Below are positions 31,301 to 40,200 of a stretch of DNA of 64,000 bases, piece after piece (positions within the stretch are counted from its first letter, which is position 1; each line of letters starts with the position of its first letter). The position numbers and the translations under genes were made by a program. Under the pieces are notes generated by a model. That model was not told the origin of the DNA. It worked only from the letters and a program-made list of their open reading frames with translations, and ran no database searches. The stretch covers positions 124,001 to 188,000 of the forward strand of contig NIVC01001761.1 in assembly GCA_002269645.1 (NCBI GenBank), read 5' to 3'. The DNA comes from Macrostomum lignano (taxonomy: Eukaryota).

Positions 31301-31747
31301 TGGCAGTTCGAGAAGTACGACCTCACCCAAGAGTTCTTCATGCGCTCCAAGCTGCCGCCACCGTTCAACGTGCTGCTGGAGCTGCGCCGCCTCATCGCGT
31401 GGATCATCAGGCGCTTCCGGCGAAACAAGAGTAGCGACGGCAAGCGAACAGCACCGCGCAGCACCGAGAAGAGCGAAGTCGAGGTGTTCCTCTACTACTT
31501 GTACTACCAGGCCATCAGCTGCAGGGGCCAGCGCTCCACCTTCCGAGGCGTCGTGATCGACGAGGAAGATCTGGACGAGGGCAACAAGATAATCTTTGAG
31601 CAGATCAAGGACATTCAAAAGGAGCTGAAGCGCCTGCGGAAACTGGAGACGCTCGTCCAGAAGATGAGCAACAGCAGTTCAGGACCGAGCAGGCAGCTGC
31701 CCCCGCATCGGCAGCTGGCTGCCCTGGCTGAAAACCAGGACACCTGA
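28385..31747 (+). CDS. TRPM: Intronless TRPM-like cation channel with about 5-6 N-terminal ankyrin repeats (1120 aa)
   Basis: Single ORF. Ankyrin repeats (RTLLHRAA..., LTPLHIAA...GADIAVKDLQGRTPLDL). TRPM MHR4-like segment DPVRTLAMWSVLTGR...AIDLAARGESSSFVTIDVVQDTLDMFWY. S1 IPCVKF, S3 YFSDGWNLIDL, S4-S5 WIRLL...LGPKLKMM, pore FFMIVGEY, S6 ILLLNVIVAMFS, TRP box WQFEKY...LPPPF, C-terminal coiled coil. Confidence 0.9.
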   Translation: MSSLWSAYPSVTQLRQLLDDKAEDVDSRQNDRTLLHRAATDNKLEVIRLLKEHGADLNALNSAGKSALNLGLEKRHFETVELLLELGADPNTATVNTESTLHQAAAIKDSRFISRLLAHGAKCNAPDRLNDWPIHRASLEEYLETVGVLLHEHSEHINVIGNRGLTPLHIAATNSNAELFAVLVEHGADIAVKDLQGRTPLDLVIMNQDNAILDTYGYLLANKVVKCPEAGSFRTVFSTDSARKFLDTLTKIDNEYRRTFVPTDTDIEYFQNRLDEATNEMLLSYIESDERIDINEFVQIIIRAVSNGLVDEIISKDLVPKIAESIFRHVLVTENEILLQELMNLGVLWGKIVQFLESNIVEVYEKTLIAKRVGIRGLVWRECLKDEDDEDEDEDQKQQTKILGSGESLQEVTQRVSYDKLHMLVSKTTKLWQLRHTDFIDEQTDRCNLDSPIEVMKDPVRTLAMWSVLTGRFKLTPHLLRQEPYDLIPQALLMAKLLRCLSILRSIEDVYRNKAINMANTCEGIAIQALRRIKEFDTSQNNILTMEYLRLPLRSYGDYDAIDLAARGESSSFVTIDVVQDTLDMFWYSDFFFVRSNVWKMEGAILMGFVPPLMLLLPLIMERFRKESPTFKNPEILQDSKFVQVKSALHSHNEHHGHEMTGAEERLLPQPPEAEVPPKKPSYVRRVFKELNAFYDIPCVKFRFHVTAHVMFVLLLSFVVMRLFNKRMSVSECICYVCLLGFLVEEINEIFKSKKDESLASYFSDGWNLIDLTAILCGIISFALRLDDEISGKSEHAESVRYWALVLLSTTCLVYWIRLLFVSVILESLGPKLKMMALMVKKDFLPFLYILFILMIGFGVVFQALLYPPTNFGTSSLSPGDTDNGTEAQEIAVRMFRTTFFMIVGEYGLDDKTNLCSSPDAKEDCVHETGSLLVTNIFMVIYIVIVQILLLNVIVAMFSETIDAVNRESTAMWQFEKYDLTQEFFMRSKLPPPFNVLLELRRLIAWIIRRFRRNKSSDGKRTAPRSTEKSEVEVFLYYLYYQAISCRGQRSTFRGVVIDEEDLDEGNKIIFEQIKDIQKELKRLRKLETLVQKMSNSSSGPSRQLPPHRQLAALAENQDT

Positions 31748-32254
31748 GACAAAGACGTTCAGCACAAAGACCTGCAGGACGTCAGGTGAAAGAATCAAGA
31801 GTTCCTTCGGGCCTGAGTAGTGCGGAGTTTTCTGCTCTTTTTAAAACAAACAGTTTAACGACATGCCGTTGTGGCTTTTCAACTTTTGGGCCACTTTTCC
31901 CGTCTCTTAGCCACTTATTCAAGTTCTCGTAGGTTTTTAGTTGCAACTGTGCAAGGCGATGTACGATTAGAAAACGCACTAAAAGTACTTTTTGTTATAC
32001 TTCATTAATCTCGATTAGATTTAAAATTGATCTTTTTAACGGGAGTTTATGTAATGTAAAAGCGTTAATGCAACAGTTGAAAAGTGTATCCAATATGCCA
32101 TGTTATGCCATGCTAGACAGAATGTAAGGGCCCCGCTTACTCACTGATCATCAGCTCTAGACTTATCGCTACATCCTCTGATATCCAGATTTTAGATTTT
32201 TTCGTAAAAATAAAAACGAGAGACTACTACTTTCTTCACTACTACGCACTTCAC

Positions 32255-33619
32255 TCACTCGACCATCCAGTTCGAAATACAGCACTGAGACGGCAGTTCG
32301 TTTCTCTCGAATTTTATTCCCTGACTGACTGACTGACTGACTGACTGACTGACTGACTGACTGACTGACTGACTGACTGACTGACTGACTGACTGACTGA
32401 CTGACTGACTGACTGACTGACTGACTGACTGACTGACTGACTGACTGACTGACTGACTGACTGACTGACTGACTGACTGACTGACTGACTGACTGACTGA
32501 CTGACTGACTGACTGACTGACTGACTGACTGACTGACTGACTGACTGACTGACTGACTGACTGACTGACTGACTGACTGACTGACTGACTGACTGACTGA
32601 CTGACTGACTGACTGACTGACTGACTGACTGACTGACTGACTGACTGACTGACTGACTGACTGACTGACTGACTGACTGACTGACTGACTGACTGACTGA
32701 CTGACTGACTGACTGACTTGAGTGAGCGGTATGTCGACACGGCAGCGTTTTGCTGAGGACCAGCGCTCACAGCAGACGGCGGCACGAACCCGGAGTTGGA
32801 GAAGAAGTCGCGGCTTGACGGAGACGCCGAAGTGACGCCGACCTCAACGAATCCATTCGGGTCAAACGAGTTCGTGGCAGAAGGTGTGAAGTACTCAAAG
32901 TAAGATGAAGCCACCCTGAAGAAGTACAGGCCCCATCCACCAGTCCAGCCGTCCAAAAAAGCAGCGCCCCGATCCCCCGTGGAGTCGCAGTTGTAGGATT
33001 CGAGCAGCGGTGCCTCTACTCGGACAGTCCGCTTGAGCCTGACCAGCCACGTGAGTCCCTGCTGCACGCTCGCGAGCTCCACGTTCTCCAGCCACATCTT
33101 GGACGACACTCCGTCGAGCTTGGCTCCCTCGCTGCTCCACTCCACATTCTCCGACATCCACTGCTGCGTCTGGCCGCACACCAAGTTGCTCCTGCTGGCG
33201 TCCGCATCGTTGCTCATCACCCAGGCGGCCCTCAGCTTCGAGCCCACACCCAGCATGAGCTTCCTGCTCAAGGTGAGGAACTTGGCATTGGCGAATGCGG
33301 CACAGCGGCGGGGCTGCGAGCTCTCTGCAGCAGCGAGTCCATCGATGAGGTGGCACACTGCGGTGTATTGGAAGAGCGAGCACTGGCGAGTGTCCGAGTC
33401 GAACTGGGCCACCAGCAGTTTGCTCGAGCCAGCCTTCATGAGGCACTCGCTGATGCCTCTCTGATTCTGAGTCGCTCGCACTGCCAGATTCTCAGCCAGG
33501 CACTGCGGGCTGCTCAGGCGGTGCCAGGAGCTCGACAGTCTCTCGCAGTGGACCAGCTGGGCCAGGCAGGCCGCTGCAAGCAGAACGGAGACTGGAGTAG
33601 CGATGAAGCTGGTTGCCAT
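32255..33619 (-). CDS. Secreted protein with PAN/apple-like domain and LamG/concanavalin-like domain; 3' end uncertain, interrupted by a (GTCA)99 array
   Basis: Likely ATG at 33619 (MATSFIATPVSVLLAAACLAQLVHC, signal-like). Cys pattern C..SECL...FDSDTRQCSLF resembles PAN/apple; GAKLDGVSSKMWL, TWLVRLK and VEVGVT resemble LamG-type beta-sandwiches. Donor-like CAA|GTCAGT at the array start; the terminal exon could not be resolved. Confidence 0.6.
   Translation of the reverse strand: MATSFIATPVSVLLAAACLAQLVHCERLSSSWHRLSSPQCLAENLAVRATQNQRGISECLMKAGSSKLLVAQFDSDTRQCSLFQYTAVCHLIDGLAAAESSQPRRCAAFANAKFLTLSRKLMLGVGSKLRAAWVMSNDADASRSNLVCGQTQQWMSENVEWSSEGAKLDGVSSKMWLENVELASVQQGLTWLVRLKRTVRVEAPLLESYNCDSTGDRGAAFLDGWTGGWGLYFFRVASSYFEYFTPSATNSFDPNGFVEVGVTSASPSSRDFFSNSGFVPPSAVSAGPQQNAAVSTYRSLKSVSQSVSQSVSQSVSQSVSQSVSQSVSQSVSQSVSQSVSQSVSQSVSQSVSQSVSQSVSQSVSQSVSQSVSQSVSQSVSQSVSQSVSQSVSQSVSQSVSQSVSQSVSQSVSQSVSQSVSQSVSQSVSQSVSQGIKFERNELPSQCCISNWMVE
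32321..32718. repeat. Perfect (CTGA)99 microsatellite
   Basis: Counted from the line coordinates; no interruptions seen. Confidence 0.97.
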
Positions 33620-35829
33620 GCTGGCTGCAGTGCGGTATTGCGGATGCGAGAGCTCGGGATGAGGCAGTCGGCAGAAATCCTGCATGCAGTAAAATTTATC
33701 TCTGCTCCCATTGTTGAGTTTAATCGCCCCTAGCAACCAGCTGTTGTCCAAGCCGTCAGCTCAGACTGCAGCCACCTCAGCCCCTCCGACGTCCCACGCT
33801 GGTCATGAATTACGAAATTTGCCAAATGGGGGAAGGCGGGCGCCGCTCCGCATGCTGCATGTGGCGCGGAGCTGCGAAGCTGTTGGGCTTGCCGCCGGCA
33901 GGCAGGAGGAAATTTAATCGCCCTACCAGCAGCTTTTCAAGTCATCGGCCCCACCTCAGAGACTGTTAACTTTCCCAAGCTGGGAAAGCCGTTGCGCTGC
34001 CTCATCAACACACCTGCTGGGCTCTCCGCATGCAGAGATGCCTACAAGCCGCGTGCACATCAAGGTGGGGCTGTTGCTGCGGCTCAGGCGGGGATGGGCG
34101 CAGATGAGGCTGGGCAATCAGCAGCAGAGACCGTCAGCGGGAAGCCGCGTGGCCGATGTGGGCGGCCCGGGAGTCGCCTTCCCGCGCTGCCTCCTGAGCG
34201 CATTGTGAAAAAATGTACTTCTTTACTGTGCAGGGCAGTTTTTTTTCCAACTGACTGAATTGATAGAAACTCTGCATAATCCCCAGTTAGTATTGGCGCC
34301 CTCTAAGACTCTAATTTGGCGTAATATTTCAGTTTGCAATGCATCCCCATTGCGGCCGCTACTCTACTCCATCAAGCAGCCCAGAGAAGTGGAATGGTGC
34401 GGATTTTCATTCCAGCTCATCTATATGCGAGCTCGTGCGCCTGGCGACAGTCTTTTGAATTGAACTCCATATCTTTATTTGTATGGTGAAGGCTTGCTTG
34501 CGATGCACTGGCATTTTGGACTTGTCACCTGGCACTTGAGCTCAGCTTGTCATACATGTGACTTATGCTCTTGCCAGATATGACAGTGTGCCCTTGTGCC
34601 ACTTCTTAGTGCGAGTTTATGCGATAGCACAATCCTGGTAATGTACATGAATGGTGCTGCCAAGCAGCTGTATGTTATGACAGTACGCCTATAGTACGAC
34701 TTTCTTTGTTTTGCAAAATCGTTGACCTTTATTCGCCTGATTTTCGGCAAAAACACGGGTACGCTAGGCCTGTCGGTACGCCCCACACAAAGGCCTATTC
34801 TCAGCCGGGTCCCAGTTGTAGAGAATTCTTTGCCTGAGCCACTCCATCAGTTCAGCCAGCAGACGGCCATGCAGAGCGGCATCGGAGGGCAGGCCGATCA
34901 GTGACGGCCGCGGACCCTCCTGGCAACGGGATGAGATCGACCCGGTCAGGAGACAACTTGGACCGAGCTGGAGAAGACCCGGACACCTCCCGGACACGAG
35001 CAGAGAATGTACCGCTGACGGGGAGGGACTGAAAGCACTGGGAGGGACAGAAGCCTAGCGAGAGCGTTTAGAATCCCCACTCCGCTATCCCTGCGAGGGC
35101 CCCCTAGCAACTGTATGGCTGGTTTAGTGTTTCTGGGCTACCCTTCATCAGGGGCTGCGTCTCAGTCAAAACACTGCGAATGCGTACCGTTGTGAAGGCG
35201 CTCCCTCAGCCTCAAATGAGAAATGATTTTGAGAATATTATCTTTTCCACTCTTCAGGCTCTTGGCTGCATGCTGGTAGGGAGAGTTGGCTGACCAGGTG
35301 CATTGCCCTTGAACAGCATGAGCTGCACGCGGTCGCCTCTCAAGCGCGCTCTCTCAATCTGGGAAGACAAGCGCGCCAAACGAGAGTTCGCCCTGCAGCT
35401 CCTGCTCAACTGATTTTTTCCATTAGGAAATTTTCCATGTTTTATTCGTTTAATAATAGTTAGTACTCGCCTCAGAGTACACCACGAGTCTGCGACATCT
35501 AATTATCGTGAATGACAGATTGACAATTGTCATATTGACATATTGAATAACAATAAAACGCTTGTTCAGGTAAAACTCTATTATACAGTTATAATAATAT
35601 TACAAGGCTTTTACATAGAAATTTCATTATACTAGATTGAATATGGAAGCAACACAGCACACACGTGCATACTTAATTTGATTCTTAAAGTTGTGAAAAC
35701 TTGGCGTGGGATTGAGGACTAGCAGGGACTCCATATTTACAGGATTTGCCACTCAGAGCAATTGTTAATGGATGAATCATGCCAACTATAGTAATGACAA
35801 GCATGCATGAGTGACTTCAAAATGACCCT

Positions 35830-37270
35830 TAGTCAATCCCCAGTCACTCCAGCACTGCCCAGTCACTCCAGCACTGCCCAGTCACTCCAGCACTGCCCAG
35901 TCACTCCAGCACTGCCCAGTCACTCCAGCACTGCCCAGTCACTCCAGCACTGCCCAGTCACTCCAGCACTGCCCAGTCACTTCAGCACTGCCCAGTCACT
36001 CCAGCACTCAACCAGTCACTCCAGCACTCAACCAGTCACTCCAGCACTCAACCAGTCACTCCAGCATCAACCAGTCACTCCAGCACTCAATTAGTCACTC
36101 CAGCACTCAATCAGTCACTCCAGCACTCAATCAGTCACTCCAGCACTCAATCAGTCACTCCAGCACTCAACCAGTCACTCCAGCACTCAACCAGTCACTC
36201 CAGCACTCCCCAGTCACTCCAGCACTGCCCAGTCACTCCAGCACTGCCAAATCACTCCAGCACTCAACCAGTCACTCCAGCACTGCCCAGTCACTCCAGC
36301 ACTGCCCAGTCACTCCAGCACTGCCCAGTCACTTCAGCACTGCCCAGTCACTCCAGCACTCAACCAGTCACTCCAGCACTCAACCAGTCACTCCAGCATC
36401 AACCAGTCACTCCAGCACTCAATTAGTCACTCCAGCACTCAATCAGTCACTCCAGCACTCAATAAGTCACTCCAGCACTCCCCAGTCACTCCAGCACTCA
36501 ACCAGTCACTCCAGCACTGCCCAGTCACTCCAGCACTGCCAAATCACTCCAGCAGTGCCCAGTCACTCCAGCACTGCCCAGTCACTCCAGCACTGCCCAG
36601 TCACTCCAGCACTTCCCAGTCACTCCAGCACTCCCCAGTCACTCCAGCACTCAACCAGTCACTCCAGCACTCAACCAGTCACTCCAGCACTCAACCAGTC
36701 ACTCCAGCACTCAACCAGTCACTCCAGCACTGCCCAGTCACTCCAGCACTGCCCAATCACTCCAGCAGTGCCCAGTCACTCCAGCACTCCCCAGTCACTC
36801 CAGCACTGCCCAGTCACTCCAGCAGTGCCCAGTCACTCCAGCACTGCCCAGTCACTCCAGCACTGCCCAGTCACTCCAGCACTTCCCAGTCACTCCAGCA
36901 CTGCCCAGTCACTCCAGCACTGCCCAGTCACTCCAGCACTGCCCAGTCACTCCAGCACTGCCCAGTCACTCCAGCACTGCCCAATCACTCCAGCAGTGCC
37001 CAGTCACTCCAGCACTCCCCAGTCACTCCAGCACTGCCCAGTCACTTCAGCACTGCCCAGTCACTCCAGCACTCAACCAGTCACTCCAGCACTCAACCAG
37101 TCACTCCAGCACTCAACCAGTCACTCCAGCACTCAACCAGTCACTCCAGCACTCAATTAGTCACTCCAGCACTCAATCAGTCACTCCAGCACTCAATCAG
37201 TCACTCCAGCACTCAATCAGTCACTCCAGCACTCAACCAGTCACTCCAGCACTCCCCAGTCACTCCAGCA
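35830..37270. repeat. 19-bp minisatellite CAGTCACTCCAGCACTGCC, about 75 copies, beginning across the SNX19 stop codon
   Basis: The minus strand of the first unit reads CTG GAG TGA CTG. Confidence 0.95.
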
Positions 37271-40200
37271 GCCGCAGCGCCAGCAGGCACTCGAAGCCGC
37301 AGGCTGCCAGGAGTCGCCGGTTGTCGCACTCGGAGCCGAGGACTTGGCGAGCCTCATCGGCCAGTCGGCCCGTCCAGTCCGGCCCGAGCTGCCACCGGCA
37401 CAGCAAGCTGAGCAGCCTGGGCGGCGGCGGCGGCTTTGGCGGCTGAGGCGGGGCTTCGAGCTCATCAGCGACAGCATGGAGCTGCTGCTGGCGAGTCGCC
37501 AGGATCAGCCAGTCCAGCAGCCTCCGGAGCCGCTCAGGGGCGAGCAGCCGGCGGCTGCCCAGGTGGACGGCCCTGGAATTAAAGTTCACGGAATTCACCA
37601 ATTCTTTACAAAGTTCACTCATCTCACAGGTCACTAATCCCACGGGTCACTAATCTGACAGGCCACTAATCCCACAGGCCACTAATCCCACAGGCCACTA
37701 ATCCCACAGGTCACTAATCTGACAGGTTACTAATCCCACAGGTCACTAATCCCACGGGTCACTAATCCCACAGGTCACTAATCCCACAGGTCACTAATCC
37801 CACAGGTCACTAATCCCACAGGTCACTAATCCCACAGGTCACTAATCTCACAGCCGGAGTCACAGGTCACTAATCCCACGGGTCACTAATCTCACAGCCG
37901 GAGTCACAGGTCACTAATCCCACAGGTCACTAATCTCACAGCCGGAGTCACAGGTCACTAATCCCACAGGTCACTAATCTCACAGCCGGAGTCACAGGTC
38001 ACTAATCTCACAGCCGGAGTCACAGGTCACTAATCCCACAGGTCACTAATCTCACAGCCGGAGTCACAGGTCACTAATCTCACAGCCGGAGTCACAGGTC
38101 ACTAATCTCACAGCCGGAGTCACAGGTCACTAATCCCACAGGTCACTAATCTCACAGCCGGAGTCACAGGTCACTAATCCCACAGGTCACTAATCTCACA
38201 GCCGGAGTCACAGGTCACTAATCCCACAGGTCACTAATCCCACGGGTCACTAATCCCACAGGTCACTAATCCCACAGGTCACTAATCCCACAGGTCACTA
38301 ATCCCACAGGTCACTAATCCCACAGGTCACTAATCCCACAGGTCACTAATCTTACAGGTCACTAATCCCACAGGTCACTAATCCCACAGGTCACTAATCC
38401 CACAGGTCACTAATCCCACAGGTCACTAATCCCACAGGTCACTAATCTTACAGGTCACTAATCCCACAGGTCACTAATCCCACAGGTCACTAATCCCACA
38501 GGTCACTAATCTTACAGGTCACTAATCCCACAGGTCACTAATCCCACAGGTCACTAATCCGAAAATTAAGGTACGCACACAAAGAGAGACAGAAGTGTAA
38601 AATATTGATTCTAATTTTGTGCCAAGATTTTGTTCATACAGATCCGGGCCACTCAAAAATCAGATTTGATTGGAGTAACAGGATCAAGAGAAGGCCGTAC
38701 CAGTGGATGCAGTGCAAGCGATGAGCTGCAATGACTTACCTGGCAACCGCTAGAGCAGTCAGCCGGCACAGCGGTCCCTGAAGCACCGCTGGCCACCAGG
38801 TGGGGCGGTAGCGTTCCGTGAGCAGCAGGGCCAGCTGGTGGGCTGCTGCCTCCAGGTCGTGCAGGGTTTCGACCTCCGCGTCAGCGGCTCCGGAGCGCGG
38901 CAGCGGGGGTGGAGGTAGAGGAGCGTCTTAAAGAATTGAAATGGGCTGGGTCAAGACATGTTTCAAGAAGTGGGTCGAGAGCTAGTTAAAGACATGTTTC
39001 AAGAAGTGGGTCGAGAGCTGGTTAAAGACATGTTTCAAGAAGTGGGTCGAGAGCTGGTTAAAGACATGTTTCAAGAAGTGGGTCGAGAGCTGGGTCAAGA
39101 CATTTTTCAAGAAGTGGGTCGAGAGCTGGTTAAAGACATGCTTCAAGAAGTGGGTCGAGAGCTGGGTCAAGACATTTTTCAAGAAGTGGGTCGAGAGCTG
39201 GGTCAAGACATTTTTCAAGAAGTGGGTCGAGAGCTGGTTAAAGACATGCTTCAAGAAGTGGGTCGAGAGCTGGGTCAAGACATTTTTCAAGAAGTGGGTC
39301 GAGAGCTGGGTCAAGACATTTTTCAAGAAGTGGGTCGAGAGCTGGGTCAAGACATGTTTCAAGAGGTGGGTCGAGAGCTGGTTAAAGACATGTTTCAAGA
39401 AGTGGGTCGAGAGCTGGGTCAAGACATGCTTCAAGCGGGTCGATTTATGTAGACTCACAGCGGTCTCGGTCAGCTGCCAGGGCGGCTAGCTTCCTTTCCT
39501 CATCAGCGATCAGCTGAGCAGCCTGTGGGATCTTAAAGGGAAAGCCAAGAGACTGTGAAATTGCAGGAAAACATTTACAGCATACTCTACCAAACTTAAA
39601 ACCTACATCACCAAAACTACAGCCGACTCTACCAAATCTATAGCCTACTCTACCAAATCTACAGCCGACTCTACCAAATCTACAGCCGACACTACCAAAT
39701 CTACAGCCGACTCTACCAAATCTACAGCCGACTCTACCAAATCTACAGCCGACTCTACCAAATCTACAGCCGACTCTACCAAATCTACAGCCGACTCTAC
39801 CAAATCTACAACCTAATCTGTCAAATCTACAGAAACTCTACAAAAAGCCTACTTTACCTAATCTGAAGCGTACTCTACCAGATATCCAAAGTTCTATGCC
39901 GAATCTGTCCCACATTCAAACAAATTGTTTCTAATTAGTTTAAACTAGAAAACAAATACCTAATACTCATGGCTCATGTTACCACAATGCGCAGAGAACT
40001 GACTCTGAGCGCAGAGAAGGCGAGCCAGAGATTATAATCAGTTTTATGACTAGCAATAAAAATTGAAGCCAATAAAAGACAAAAACTGAGCAGGTTTGCT
40101 CAGCTGGCAGACTGTTGGGGCTCAGCAACTTGAGTAAAATTAGAGTACAAACGCAAAACCGCCTGCGGCTGCGAGCAGACTGACAATAAAAAAGGCCATG

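Noticed and set aside
35095-35165. Second hammerhead-like motif on the minus strand (CCCTGATGAAGGGTAGCCCAGAAAC)
   Set aside because: Stem II lacks the closing pair next to the core, and no stem III/NUH pairing could be built.
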